Shown piece by piece: positions 12,068 to 23,812 of a stretch of 64,000 nucleotides of DNA (positions are counted from its first letter, which is position 1; each line of letters begins with the position of its first letter). Where the stretch lies: the NCBI GenBank assembly GCA_000218705.1, contig GL947594.1:1308002-1372001 (forward strand), given 5' to 3'. Source of the stretch: Prochlorococcus marinus bv. HNLC1. GTDB taxonomy: Bacteria > Cyanobacteriota > Cyanobacteriia > PCC-6307 > Cyanobiaceae. Below the pieces are notes generated by a model, which was given only the letters and a program-made list of their open reading frames with translations, was not told the DNA's origin and searched no databases. Made by a program: the position numbers and the translations under genes.

Positions 12068-12610
12068 TTACTTGGAGAGTGAAAGACCAAGTTTTCTAAT
12101 TTGTGATGCGATACTTGCATCTATTACTTTAGATCCTACACTTGCGACGAAACCGCCAATAAGTGATGGATCAGTTTTAGTAACTAGTTCTAGTTTTTCT
12201 GTCCCAGCAATAGAAATAATTTTTTGTGTAATTAAATCCTTTTGCTCGTCAGATAGTTCTACAGCTGAAGTAACAGTTGCAAGAGCAATATTACTATTTT
12301 CCCTGTAAATCTCCAAAAATCTTTCGAGAATTGGAACTAAAATTCCTATCCTTTGCCTATCAGCTAATAACTTTAATAAATTTAAAAGTGAATAATTAAT
12401 TTTATCTGAAAATAGCTGTATTAGAATTTTCTTCTTTGATTCCTTTTCAAGAATTGGAGAAGACAAAGCCTTTTCTAGCTCAGGCGAATCGCCTATTAAT
12501 TGAAGGATTTCTTTAGCTTGAGATACAATTTCTTCAGTTTGCTGGGTTTCATTTGCGACTTGAAGAAATGCTTCAGCGTATGGAGTAGTAACGGAATTTA
12601 AAAGAGGCAT
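12068..12610 (-). CDS. atpH: ATP synthase F1 delta subunit
   Basis: PYAEA start, DPSLIGG, operon position. Confidence 0.97.
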   Translation of the reverse strand: MPLLNSVTTPYAEAFLQVANETQQTEEIVSQAKEILQLIGDSPELEKALSSPILEKESKKKILIQLFSDKINYSLLNLLKLLADRQRIGILVPILERFLEIYRENSNIALATVTSAVELSDEQKDLITQKIISIAGTEKLELVTKTDPSLIGGFVASVGSKVIDASIASQIRKLGLSLSK

Positions 12611-13122
12611 TAGTTAATCTCAATATTATTTATTGATTGAGTAACCAAATTTTCCTGAGTAGCTTGATCAAGTTTATTTGGTAATGAATCTAAAGCTTTC
12701 TTAATCGCTAATTCAACTGCTTCTTTTCGCAGTTGAGATATAGCTCTTGAAGCTTCAGAACTTTCATCTGAAATTGCACTTTGTTTAATACGTGCCATCT
12801 CTTCAATAGCCTTTTTCTCACTTTCCATTCTGATGGCCTCAGATCTTTTAAGAGAGTCAGCTTTAATCTTTTCAGCTTTTTCTTTGGCTAATGACAAATC
12901 TACTTTTGCCTTTTCAAAAGCTGCATTGGCATTTTGAAGTCTCTCCTCAGCATCTTTTAATTCGAGAAGAATACCTTCTCTTCTTTTTTGAAGCATTTTT
13001 CCAAGAAAGCCTGGTAAAAATTTATATAGTCCAAAAATAACTACAGCCCAATTAATGACATTAGTCTCAAATAAATTGAGATTTAGTCCAAATCCATCCG
13101 TAGCAAAAAGAGCAATATTCAT
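12610..13122 (-). CDS. atpF: ATP synthase F0 subunit b
   Basis: [15 protein letters not shown] then TM and coiled coil; operon position. Confidence 0.96.
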   Translation of the reverse strand: MNIALFATDGFGLNLNLFETNVINWAVVIFGLYKFLPGFLGKMLQKRREGILLELKDAEERLQNANAAFEKAKVDLSLAKEKAEKIKADSLKRSEAIRMESEKKAIEEMARIKQSAISDESSEASRAISQLRKEAVELAIKKALDSLPNKLDQATQENLVTQSINNIEIN

Positions 13123-13577
13123 GTTTGATGAATTAATCGATTAACAATAAGTTCACTAAGGGCATCCGCCTGTTGTGAAAGTTGTTCACGCGCTGAAGAA
13201 GTCTGGTTTTCAATTTCTAATCTCGCATTTTCTTTGGAAGTATTTGCTTCACTATTAGCGAGTTCTATAGCTTCTTTATAAAGCTTTTCAGAATCTTTTT
13301 CAGCTTCGTTAACAATTTGTGCCGCCTCAGAACGAGCTTCTAGAAGTTGATTTTGCAGGTCAGCTTCTAACTTCTCAACTTCAGCAAGTTTCTTTTTTGC
13401 CTCCGTGATATTACCTCTTACGAATTCTTCTCTCTTTTCTACTACTTTGCCAACAGGCTTGAAGAAAAGTGAATTTAATAAATAAGTAAGTACAACAACT
13501 TGTATAGCCATTAATGGCAAGGTGGCATTTATATCAAATAGTCCACCTTCAGTTGCAAATAGGTGAGAGACAAACAT
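13119..13577 (-). CDS. atpF2: ATP synthase F0 subunit b'
   Basis: [16 protein letters not shown] motif; operon position. Confidence 0.96.
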   Translation of the reverse strand: MFVSHLFATEGGLFDINATLPLMAIQVVVLTYLLNSLFFKPVGKVVEKREEFVRGNITEAKKKLAEVEKLEADLQNQLLEARSEAAQIVNEAEKDSEKLYKEAIELANSEANTSKENARLEIENQTSSAREQLSQQADALSELIVNRLIHQT

Positions 13578-13637
13578 AGGCTTGTTTTGAAATTGAAAAT
13601 TAAAACTAAATTACTTTGTTATAAAAGTAATTAAATC

Positions 13638-14025
<388 letters not shown>

Positions 14026-14045
14026 TCCTTTATGTATAAAAAGAA

Positions 14046-14771
14046 CTAATGATGCTCTTCAACTGCTTCTCCAATGTAATAGGCCGCCAATGTTGCAAAA
14101 ATTAAAGCCTGAATAGCACTTGTGAACAAACCAAGAAACATAACTGGTATTGGTAAAACCAAAGGTACTAAAAACACTAATACAGATACAACTAATTCAT
14201 CAGCTAGGATATTTCCAAAAAGCCTAAAAGATAAAGACAGGGGTTTTGTGAAGTCTTCTAAAATTTTGAAAGGCAACATTATTGGTGTCGGATGTACATA
14301 ATACTCAAAATATCTCCAACCTTTATTACTTAAACCAGCATAAAAGTATGAGAGAGATACTAATAAAGCTAGCGCTATAGTTGTATTTATATCAGCGGTG
14401 GGAGCACCTAATTCCCCACTTGGCAATTTTATTAATCTCCATGGAATTAGAGCACCGCCCCAATTACTTACAAATACGAAAAGAAATAATGTCCCTATAA
14501 AAGGCATCCAATCACGATAAACTTTTTCTCCAATCTGTGTTCTTGCTAAATCTCTAATATAATCCCATAAAAATTCAAGAAGATTTTGCAGTCCTTTAGG
14601 ATCATTTTCCATTTTTTTTGTTCCTAAGGAAATGAATACAAGTAACGCTCCTAAAAGAATCCATGAAGTTAAAAAAACCTGTCCATGAATACTAATATTT
14701 CCAATTTGCCAGTAAAGGTGTTGACCAACTTCTAACTCAGCAAAATTTGTAAAAAAATAACTTAAATTCAT
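14046..14771 (-). CDS. atpB: ATP synthase F0 subunit a
   Basis: [26 protein letters not shown]. Confidence 0.99.
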   Translation of the reverse strand: MNLSYFFTNFAELEVGQHLYWQIGNISIHGQVFLTSWILLGALLVFISLGTKKMENDPKGLQNLLEFLWDYIRDLARTQIGEKVYRDWMPFIGTLFLFVFVSNWGGALIPWRLIKLPSGELGAPTADINTTIALALLVSLSYFYAGLSNKGWRYFEYYVHPTPIMLPFKILEDFTKPLSLSFRLFGNILADELVVSVLVFLVPLVLPIPVMFLGLFTSAIQALIFATLAAYYIGEAVEEHH

Positions 14772-14819
14772 TTTTGATTTTTTAAAAATTTGAGAAAATA
14801 ATAGTTTTAAGACTTAAAT

Positions 14820-15296
14820 CTAGGAACGTGAAAAGTAATAAAACATAGCAGGCTTGAACAAGAAAAAGCCAATAATTGATGGAAGAATTTCAATCAGTTC
14901 ATTTCTACTAGCAAAAATGAAAAGACATACAGGTAACAGCAATTGAACTTTTGAAATCCCTGTTGAGGTTTTACCTAAATTCCCTATACTTTTAGCGAGT
15001 AAACGTAAGTAAAGAATTCCAATAATAGAACCTATAAATACACTTAAACCGAAAGAGAAGTTGATAAAGATGCAAGAAACAATTGTTATAACAATTGAAA
15101 GAAACAATGTTAAACAATAAAGAGCTAATTGAAGTGAAAAAAAGTCATCACTTACTTCAAGAAATTGAGATAGTTGCTTAATGATTGGCAATTTATCTTC
15201 AATAAAACTTGAATTATCAATATCAAGAGAATTGTCAGCATCCCTTTTAGTAGGATGCTTGATAGTTTTTTCGTTGGAGTCCACTGTAGTGAACAT
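14820..15296 (-). CDS. atpI: ATP synthase protein I (Atp1)
   Basis: GILYLRLLAKSI motif, four hydrophobic segments, first gene of operon. Confidence 0.88.
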   Translation of the reverse strand: MFTTVDSNEKTIKHPTKRDADNSLDIDNSSFIEDKLPIIKQLSQFLEVSDDFFSLQLALYCLTLFLSIVITIVSCIFINFSFGLSVFIGSIIGILYLRLLAKSIGNLGKTSTGISKVQLLLPVCLFIFASRNELIEILPSIIGFFLFKPAMFYYFSRS

Positions 15297-15542
15297 AACT
15301 TAACTTTCCTCTCTAGAAATTTAGATTTTTAAGTATATAAACTCACGGAATCTATCATGCAGAGGTGACTTTTTGCTAGTTTTTTTTTACTAAAGTGCTA
15401 TTTCTTAAGATTTAGTTTTAAAATTCAAACAAATAAATTTAATTTCTATTACAAATTTAATAATTATAAATCTATAAATTTTATTAAAACATTGGCGAAA
15501 AGAGCAATTTAACGTCTCAATGGATTATCTATATTTAATCAA

Positions 15543-16768
15543 TTGACGAGAAGAGTAAAAATCCAAAAATACTCAGATAGATTTGCTAATGAAAATAATA
15601 TAATCAACAATAAAATAAGTGATCACAATAATAATTTTTTGCCAATGCCAATCAAAATTTGGCCTTTTGAAGGAAAACTAATATTTGTAATCTTAAGTTT
15701 TTGGTGTATTTTTGGTTTATTTATTTTAGGTTCAGCAAGTTGGTGGGTTGCTAATAAAGAAATAGGTGATTGGGCGTTTTTCTTAAAAAGGCAAATAGCT
15801 TGGTATATTCCAGGAATAACAATATTTTTGTTTGTATTAAATACAAATATTAGAGATCTTTTAAAAATCTCAAAACCTATTTTTTATATTTTACTTTTTC
15901 TAATAGGCTCAACAATATTTTTTGGTAGTACAATTAACGGGTCAACAAGATGGTTAATATTAGGCCCACTAAAAATGCAACCATCAGAACTTATTAAACC
16001 ATTTTGCATCCTTGAATCAGCTAATTTATTTGCTCATTGGAATTTAGTAAAAGATGAAAAGAAAATTATTTCATTAGCTACTTTCGGATACTGATTCTCC
16101 TAATAATGAAGCAACCCAACTTAAGTACTGCTGGATTAATTGGCATAATGTTTTGGATTATTGCATTGTGCGGAGGGGTAAAAATAAATTCACTGATAAC
16201 GGTAGCGACTGTTGGTGCTATCAGTGCCTATCTAAGCGTAATGAATAATCAATACCAAATGCTACGGATAAAATCATTTATAAACCCTTGGAGCGATCCC
16301 GAAGGAAATGGATATCAACTTATTCAAAGCTTATTAGCTATTGGATCAGGAGGCGTTTTAGGAAAAGGATTTGGCTTATCAATGCAAAAATTACAATATT
16401 TACCAATACAGCATACTGATTTTATTTTTGCTATTTACGCTGAAGAGTTCGGATTATTAGGTTCAATATTTCTTTTAGGATTTTTAGCAATCTTTTCTTA
16501 TTTAAGCTTAAGAATTGCTATAAAATCAAGAAATAACTATACAAAATTAGTTGCCACCGGTTGCGCAACTTTACTTATTGGTCAATCATTAATACATATC
16601 GCTGTGACGACTGGTTCCATGCCTACAACAGGGTTACCCTTGCCATTTGTGAGTTATGGGGGCAACTCATTAATAGGATCGTTATTTATTGCAGCGCTTT
16701 TATTAAGATGTTCACTAGAATCAACAGGATTTATTGGTAATCTGCGTGCAAGAAAGACATTGAATTAG
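15543..16768 (+). CDS. ftsW: FtsW/RodA SEDS family protein; one base missing near 16086-16088
   Basis: NGSTRWL, QPSELIK, KQPNLSTA, YLPIQHTDFIFA, GLPLPFVSYGG; the two track ORFs join as TFG-ILILLIMKQP. Confidence 0.92.
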
Positions 16769-16845
16769 GTAGAATTTTAAAATATATCAAATAAAGCATT
16801 TTCGAATTCAATTTTGTTATCTCTGAATTAGCCCAAAGAGGGAAT

Positions 16846-17514
16846 TTGCTAATGCAAGAAGCTGTTAGCAATCCTGGGCCTATTACTTTTTTATTAATTT
16901 TCAGTGCTGGACTTTTAACAAGCTTAGGCCCATGTTCTTTATCATTAATGCCTTTAACAATTGCTTACATAGGTGGTTCAAAAAATAAAAATAACCAAAT
17001 AAAGATTTTAAGTTTTTGTAGTGGTGTTATTTTTTCATTAGTCTTACTAGGAGCTTTAAGCGGATTCTTGGGGAAAATTTATGGACAATTACCTCATATA
17101 TTCACAACAGGGATTTCTATTTTTGCAATAATAATGGGATTAAATTTACTAGGTTTAATTAGATTCCAACTACCTAATAGCCCTAATTTTAAATTTATTG
17201 AAAATAGAGTTCCACCTTTTCTTGCCCCTATGGTTACTGGAGCTGCTTTTGGCCTCGCCTCCTCACCATGTATAACACCAGTTTTAGCTACACTTCTTGC
17301 ATGGGTTTCGCAAGCGAAGAATCCACTAATATCAATAATATTTTTATTCTTTTTTGGGCTTGGACAAGTTGTGCCATTAATTATTGTTGGATTTACCACA
17401 GAAAGTTTAAAGAAATTATTGGAGTTTCGAAAATTTAGCCAGATCATCCCTACATTTAGCGGCTTAATACTTATTTCTCTTGGATTATTAAATATCATCT
17501 CCAACTGGATCTAA
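16846..17514 (+). CDS. ccdA: Cytochrome c biogenesis protein CcdA (frame open upstream to 16795; possible ATT start at 16798)
   Basis: AGLLTSLGPCSLS and ASSPCITPVL thiol motifs. Confidence 0.93.
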   Translation: MLMQEAVSNPGPITFLLIFSAGLLTSLGPCSLSLMPLTIAYIGGSKNKNNQIKILSFCSGVIFSLVLLGALSGFLGKIYGQLPHIFTTGISIFAIIMGLNLLGLIRFQLPNSPNFKFIENRVPPFLAPMVTGAAFGLASSPCITPVLATLLAWVSQAKNPLISIIFLFFFGLGQVVPLIIVGFTTESLKKLLEFRKFSQIIPTFSGLILISLGLLNIISNWI

Positions 17515-18795
17515 ATGTTTTTTTTAAATAAGTTAATTCTTAATATATCTTCCTTAAAATTTGCTATATCCCTTTTAATATTCATAGCTTTTTCAAGTGG
17601 CATCGGAACATTTATTCCTCAAGGTATGGAAAAGAAAGACTATCTTGAAAGTTACAAAAATAACCCTATCTTTGGGTTTATTGATGGAGATAAAATCTTA
17701 TTATTAGAACTAGATCATATTTATACAAGTAAGTGGTTTCTAATATCTTTATTTCTTCTTTGCATTTCACTAGCCGCCTCAAGTTTTAGGAAGCAAATCC
17801 CTACGCTTAAAGCATCTTTAAAATGGATAGATTATGACAATATAGAAAAATTTAACAACCTTCAATTAGCCTGTAAATGGGCTGAAAACGAAGGGGAAGA
17901 AACCATCTCAAATGCAAACGAAATACTTAAAAATCAAGGTTGGGAAATTTTAAGAAAAGAAAATAGATTATTAGCTAGAAAGGGTGTTGTTGGAAGAGTT
18001 GGACCAATACTAGTACATACTGGACTGATAATACTTTTAATTGGTTCTGCATATGGCAATTTCACCAGAAACTCATTAGAGGAGTATTTGATCCCCAATG
18101 AAAGTATAAATTTAATTAATGATGTATCCAAAGAGAAATTTTCTTTGAAATTAAAAAACTTTAATATTCAAAGAGAGGATGATGGTCTCCCAAAACAGTT
18201 CACTTCAAATTTGGAGATCTATTCAAATGAATCAAATGAAAAAATAAAAAAACAAGCAGAAGTGAATCATCCATTAAGATATAAGGGACTAACAATTTAC
18301 CAAGCTGATTGGGCAATATCTAGTATTATTCTCGAAATAAATAAAATAAATTACCAATTTGCTTTAAAACCAGTTCCTGAGATTGGTAATCAGATATGGG
18401 GAGTGGTTGTAGAATTGGGTGAAAATATGAAAAAAAATTATCTTTTAACAATTGATAATGAAAATGGACCAGTAAAAATTTTTGATATTGATGATTTTTC
18501 AGAAAAGGATATCTATTTAAATGAGAAAGAAGTAAAAATAAATTCCTCAAATATTAAGTTAATCAAAATCATTCCTAGTAGTGGACTAATTATTAAAAGT
18601 GATCCATCTATTCCCATTATATATACTTCATTTATACTAATTCTTTTGGGGGCAACTCTTAGCTTAATACCAACAAAACGTATTTGGATTCTCAATGATA
18701 ATTCTTCAAAAAATTATTATATGGGTGGCTTATGCAACAAAAACCTATCAGGCTTTGAATCAGAATTTAATCAATTATCAGAAAAGATAAGATAA
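17515..18795 (+). CDS. ccsB: Cytochrome c biogenesis protein Ccs1/ResB
   Basis: SGIGTFIPQ, VHTGLI heme His, VNHPLRYKGLTIYQADW. Confidence 0.93.
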   Translation: MFFLNKLILNISSLKFAISLLIFIAFSSGIGTFIPQGMEKKDYLESYKNNPIFGFIDGDKILLLELDHIYTSKWFLISLFLLCISLAASSFRKQIPTLKASLKWIDYDNIEKFNNLQLACKWAENEGEETISNANEILKNQGWEILRKENRLLARKGVVGRVGPILVHTGLIILLIGSAYGNFTRNSLEEYLIPNESINLINDVSKEKFSLKLKNFNIQREDDGLPKQFTSNLEIYSNESNEKIKKQAEVNHPLRYKGLTIYQADWAISSIILEINKINYQFALKPVPEIGNQIWGVVVELGENMKKNYLLTIDNENGPVKIFDIDDFSEKDIYLNEKEVKINSSNIKLIKIIPSSGLIIKSDPSIPIIYTSFILILLGATLSLIPTKRIWILNDNSSKNYYMGGLCNKNLSGFESEFNQLSEKIR

Positions 18796-18796
18796 A

Positions 18797-19203
18797 CTAA
18801 TTAATTTTATTTCCATGAGTAAGCTCAAGCTTCATTGAAACATTACCTCTTGGATTAAAGTCAGCATTTAAACATAGCCACTGTGGATTAGCTGCAGCTA
18901 TTAAATCATCCATAATCTTATTTATAACTTCTTCATGTGAAATCTTTTGATCCCTAAAGTTATTTACATAAAGCTTTAATGATTTAAGCTCATAAACTTT
19001 TTCTTTGGTTGATAAGTAACTTTCAATTTTGCAAAATCAGGATATCCCGAGAAAGGGCACTTACATGTAAATTCTGGAAGATCAATTATTATTTGATAAT
19101 TTCTTGATTTATTTGGGTTTTCAAAACATATAATTTCTGACTCTGCAATTTTTCTTTCACCATAAAGAGGTCTTATTGTACCTTGATTTAATTCTTCACT
19201 CAT
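18797..19203 (-). CDS. queF: NADPH-dependent 7-cyano-7-deazaguanine reductase; one base missing in T5 run at 18998-19002
   Basis: [16 protein letters not shown]; shifted frame gives [24 protein letters not shown]...DFNPRGNV...*. Confidence 0.93.
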
Positions 19204-19286
19204 TTTTCAAATTTTGACTTAATTAGAGGGTCAATCTTTTTCAAGTATTACAAATCAACAAATTAAAAACCATAAAATTCTCTTTT

Positions 19287-19302
19287 TGTATCAACGCGCA
19301 CA
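19287..19302 (+). promoter_or_regulatory. Putative NtcA-binding site (TGTA-N8-CACA, one mismatch) upstream of the hypothetical-glnB unit
   Basis: TGTATCAACGCGCACA; glnB is a classic NtcA target; no clean TAN3T -10 at canonical spacing. Confidence 0.45.
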
Positions 19303-19353
19303 TTTTTATATCGTCCTAAAAGGCTTAATAAGTACATACTAAAAAATTATTTA

Positions 19354-19599
19354 ATGGACATTTGTATTACAAACGTAGATAATAAATCTAACAAATCACT
19401 GAGACCATTAAGTATTCATGGCATGTTGTGGCTTCAGACTCATTTTGAAAATGATCAATGGGAAGCACTATCTCATAACAAAGTAATTATTTCAGAAATA
19501 GATTCAAAATTACTGATAGAAGATGCAAATTTAGCAGGTGTCAGAATTGAATCAATGTCAGATATATCGATTATGGATGTTTTGCCGAAAACAAATTAA
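19354..19599 (+). CDS. Conserved hypothetical protein upstream of glnB
   Basis: RPLSIHGMLWLQTHFE..W motif recognised from cyanobacterial proteins; 24 nt before glnB. Confidence 0.8.
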   Translation: MDICITNVDNKSNKSLRPLSIHGMLWLQTHFENDQWEALSHNKVIISEIDSKLLIEDANLAGVRIESMSDISIMDVLPKTN

Positions 19600-19962
<363 letters not shown>

Positions 19963-19963
19963 T

Positions 19964-20779
19964 TTAACCTAAGGTTCGCTTAACTAATTTATGCAAAAAT
20001 TCCTCATTAACTAAAAATTCGTTTAATTGCGTTTTACTTATCCATATCAAATATTCATGGTTTCCTGCTGGACCAACTAGTGGAGATGCGATTAAACCAT
20101 TAATCCGCCAATTGGAACTTTCTATTGCCCTAATTACAGAATTTAATGCTAATAAGTGATACTTAAACTCTTTTACAACACCCCCTTTACTTACATATTC
20201 CTTTCCTACTTCAAATTGCGGTTTTATAAGAAAAATTCCTTCAAAAAATTTTTTATTTAATAAATCCTCAATTGGCTTTAAAACCAACTTAAGTGAAATA
20301 AAAGAGAGATCCGCTACTACAAAATCTGGAAATATATCTTCTTTAGAAAAAATGTTCTCTGATTTAAGAAATCTTATATTGGTTCTTTCTAAAAGTTTAA
20401 CTTTTGGATTTTCCCTTATTTTCCATGAAGTTTGACCATAGCCAACATCAATTCCATAAATCTTTTTTGCACCATTTTGTAATAAACAATCTGTAAATCC
20501 TCCTGTAGAGATGCCTGCATCAAGACATATTCTATCCTTTACATTTAAAGAAAACTTTTGAAACGCCTCAGATAATTTATCACCCCCCCTGGAAACATAC
20601 TTTGGCTGAGCAGAAATATTTATTTGAGATTCGGGAGATATTTCTTGACCTGGTTTATCTAATACTTTGCCGTTATTATCCTTAACTTTACCTGCGAGAA
20701 TAAGCCTTTGGGCTTTTTGACGTGAATCAACAAAACCTTTAGTCAATAAAAAAATATCTAATCGTATCTTTTTACTCAT
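19964..20779 (-). CDS. tlyA: TlyA family rRNA 2'-O-methyltransferase (S4 + FtsJ domains)
   Basis: RLDIFL, YVSRGGDKL, DAGISTGGFTDCLLQ, GPAGNHEYL. Confidence 0.95.
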   Translation of the reverse strand: MSKKIRLDIFLLTKGFVDSRQKAQRLILAGKVKDNNGKVLDKPGQEISPESQINISAQPKYVSRGGDKLSEAFQKFSLNVKDRICLDAGISTGGFTDCLLQNGAKKIYGIDVGYGQTSWKIRENPKVKLLERTNIRFLKSENIFSKEDIFPDFVVADLSFISLKLVLKPIEDLLNKKFFEGIFLIKPQFEVGKEYVSKGGVVKEFKYHLLALNSVIRAIESSNWRINGLIASPLVGPAGNHEYLIWISKTQLNEFLVNEEFLHKLVKRTLG

Positions 20780-21067
20780 TTACGATAAATAAAGATTTAA
20801 GAAAAGAATACAAGGACATAACCAATTCATATTTATCTTTGATTAAATTCTAACTAAAGACAATATAAATTTATCTCAAAAGACCAAAGTCGATTCCTTA
20901 ACAAATATCCTCATTTGGTATACAAAGCTTTAATAATTGTTTCTATAAAAAAGTTCTCTTTTATTGCAAAAATTTAGAAAAAAAGACAATAATTAATAAT
21001 GAGTTTTTATAAATTAAACAAATTATAAGAAATAGTTATAATGTGAATTGTGTATAAATAAAAAATA

Positions 21068-22363
21068 GTGATTGAGCGTTACACGTTACCTGAGATGGGT
21101 CGTATATGGACAGAGGAAGCAAAGTTTCAAAGTTGGTTAGAAGTTGAAATTGCCGCTTGCGAAGCAAATTTTGAATTAGGAAACATTCCAGAAGAAGATT
21201 TAAATGCAATTAAATCTAGGGCAAATTTCAAACCAGAAAGAATTAAAGAGATCGAAAAAGAGGTTAAACATGATGTAATTGCATTTCTAACGAACTTAAA
21301 TGAATATGTGGGAGATTCTGGTAGATATATTCATGTAGGAATGACTAGCAGTGATGTTCTGGATACTGGTTTATCTCTTCAAATGAGAGATTCTTGCAAA
21401 TTATTAATAAAAGAAACTGAAAACCTTGAAAATGCGATTAGAGAACTTGCCTCTCAACATAAAAAAACAATAATGATTGGACGTTCTCATGCTATTCATG
21501 GAGAACCTATTTCTTTCGGATTTAAGCTGGCTGGCTGGTTAGCAGAAATAATAAGAAATAAAAAAAGATTAAACGAATTGCAAGACTCTATTTCAATTGG
21601 ACAAATAAGTGGCGCAATGGGAACTTATGCAAATACAAATCCTAAAGTAGAAGAAATAACCTGCAGAATATTAGGTTTAAATATTGATACGGCCAGTACA
21701 CAAGTTATATCTCGAGATAGACATGCAGATTATGTACTGACAATAGCTTTAGTAGGTGCCTCTTTAGATAGGTTCGCAACAGAGATCAGGAATCTACAAA
21801 GAACAGATGTTTTAGAGGTAGAAGAAGGTTTCTCTAAAGGACAGAAAGGTAGCTCAGCGATGCCTCATAAAAGGAATCCAATAAGAAGCGAAAGGGTAAG
21901 TGGTTTATCAAGAATTCTTAAGAGCCACGTCAATACAGCATTAGAGAATGTCACTCTTTGGCATGAGAGAGATATTAGTCATAGTTCCAACGAAAGAATA
22001 ATGCTACCAGACATATCTATTTGTCTACATTTCATGCTTCATGAAATGGTTGAAATAATAGAAAACTTAAAAGTTTATCCTGATAATATGCTGAAAAATA
22101 TGAATATATACGGAGGGGTTATTTTTAGCCAAAAAGTCCTTCTTCTACTTGTTGAGAAGGGGATTTCCAGAGAAGAGGCATATAAGCTAGTCCAAAAAAA
22201 TGCACATCTTGCATGGAATACAGAAAATGGCAATTTTAAAGAAAATTTAATAAAAGACGAAAATATTATGAATTTAATTAACGTAACGGAATTAGATCAA
22301 TGTTTTGATCCTTCAGTACACCTAAATAATTTAAATGTAATATGGGATAGGTTAAATATTTAA
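21068..22363 (+). CDS. purB: Adenylosuccinate lyase
   Basis: HDVIAF, TSSDVLDT, GRSHAIH, GSSAMPHKRNP. Confidence 0.98.
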   Translation: MIERYTLPEMGRIWTEEAKFQSWLEVEIAACEANFELGNIPEEDLNAIKSRANFKPERIKEIEKEVKHDVIAFLTNLNEYVGDSGRYIHVGMTSSDVLDTGLSLQMRDSCKLLIKETENLENAIRELASQHKKTIMIGRSHAIHGEPISFGFKLAGWLAEIIRNKKRLNELQDSISIGQISGAMGTYANTNPKVEEITCRILGLNIDTASTQVISRDRHADYVLTIALVGASLDRFATEIRNLQRTDVLEVEEGFSKGQKGSSAMPHKRNPIRSERVSGLSRILKSHVNTALENVTLWHERDISHSSNERIMLPDISICLHFMLHEMVEIIENLKVYPDNMLKNMNIYGGVIFSQKVLLLLVEKGISREEAYKLVQKNAHLAWNTENGNFKENLIKDENIMNLINVTELDQCFDPSVHLNNLNVIWDRLNI

Positions 22364-22418
22364 AAGTTTATTATCCTAGATTTAGATAGTTGCTCTACTA
22401 ATATCAACTCAAAACTTA

Positions 22419-23804
22419 ATGAAAGACGACTTTAGATTAGAAAAAGATAGTATAGGTACTATTGAAGTTCCCAAAAATGCTTTATGGGGAGCACAAACAC
22501 AAAGATCAATTAAAAATTTTGCATTAGGTAATGAGTTAATTCCATTAGAATTGATATACGCAATCACCCTAATAAAAAAAGCAGCAGCGATTGCAAATAA
22601 TAATCTAGGTTATCTTGACAACCGAAAAAAAGATTTAATAAAAAAAAGTTGTGCTGATATTTTAGCTGGCTTATATGATTCAGAATTTCCTTTGAAAATA
22701 TGGCAAACAGGAAGTGGTACTCAAACCAATATGAATGTAAATGAAGTCATTTCAAATATTTCTGCGGTAAAAGTAAATGCTGAATTAGGTCAATATAAAA
22801 TTCTGCATCCTAATGATGATGTCAATAAATCTCAATCAACGAATGATACATTTCCTGCTGCTATTCATATAAGTGTAGTTATTGAAATCACAAAGAAATT
22901 ATTACCAGCCATTGAAAAATTAAATATATCTTTAGATAAAAAAAGTAAAGGATGGAATAATCTTATCAAAATTGGTAGAACACATTTTCAAGATGCAGTG
23001 CCCATCACATTGGGACAAGAAATCTCTGCATGGTCTAAACAAATAAAAGATGCGAAAAAGTCAATATTATCTGGTATCTCAGAATTATATAGTTTACAGA
23101 TTGGTGGAACAGCAGTTGGAACAGGCATTAATTGTCCTGAAAATTTTAGTGAAGAAGTGATAAAAATAATCAAAAATGAAACAGACTTGCCATTTACTAA
23201 ATCAGAAAATTATTTTTCTTTAATGGCTTCCCATGATCGTTTAGCGAATATCATGAGCAAATTAAAAATTTTAGCTTGTTCATTATTCAAGATTTCAAAT
23301 GATATTAAAATATTATCTTCTGGTCCGAGAGCAGGCATTTATGAATTAATTATTCCCAAAAATGAGCCCGGTAGCTCAATTATGCCCGGAAAAGTTAACC
23401 CCACGCAATGTGAGTCACTAAGTATGATTTGTTCTCAAATTATGGGATTTGAATATGCTGTATCCATTGCAAACTGTAGCGGGACTTTGCAAATGAATGA
23501 ATACAAACCTTTAATAGCATTTAATATCTTGACTAGTATTAAATTACTAAGTGAGGCAATAGATAATTTTAGAATTAAATTAATTGATGGGCTAATGCCT
23601 AACTTTAAATCTATTGAAACAAATTTAAATAATTCGCTAATGCTTATAACTGCTTTAGTCCCAGAAATAGGATATGAGAAATCTGCAGAAATAGCTAATC
23701 TGGCATTTAATGAGTCACTTAATCTTAAAGAAGCGACTTTAAAATTAGGCTACTTAGACGAAACGAAATACGATGAGATTATGAATATTGAAAAAATGAT
23801 ATGA
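22419..23804 (+). CDS. fumC: Fumarate hydratase class II
   Basis: WGAQTQRS, QTGSGTQTNMN, GSSIMPGKVNP. Confidence 0.98.
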   Translation: MKDDFRLEKDSIGTIEVPKNALWGAQTQRSIKNFALGNELIPLELIYAITLIKKAAAIANNNLGYLDNRKKDLIKKSCADILAGLYDSEFPLKIWQTGSGTQTNMNVNEVISNISAVKVNAELGQYKILHPNDDVNKSQSTNDTFPAAIHISVVIEITKKLLPAIEKLNISLDKKSKGWNNLIKIGRTHFQDAVPITLGQEISAWSKQIKDAKKSILSGISELYSLQIGGTAVGTGINCPENFSEEVIKIIKNETDLPFTKSENYFSLMASHDRLANIMSKLKILACSLFKISNDIKILSSGPRAGIYELIIPKNEPGSSIMPGKVNPTQCESLSMICSQIMGFEYAVSIANCSGTLQMNEYKPLIAFNILTSIKLLSEAIDNFRIKLIDGLMPNFKSIETNLNNSLMLITALVPEIGYEKSAEIANLAFNESLNLKEATLKLGYLDETKYDEIMNIEKMI

Positions 23805-23812
23805 TTAATTCT

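Noticed and set aside
15333-15346. Second GTA-N8-CAC match upstream of atpI/ftsW
   Set aside because: Mismatched core, no supporting -10 or regulon logic; expected by chance in AT-rich DNA
15543-16768. ftsW as a true pseudogene or split gene
   Set aside because: Essential SEDS protein with both halves intact; a single-base deletion explains it
20780-21067. Possible small gene in the tlyA-purB divergent spacer (minus-strand frame MRIFVKESTLVF*DKFILSLVRI*SKINMNWLCPCILFLNLYLS* ending at the tlyA start)
   Set aside because: Two internal stops and no recognisable homology; treated as a divergent promoter region, though a 16-aa uORF or eroded gene cannot be excluded
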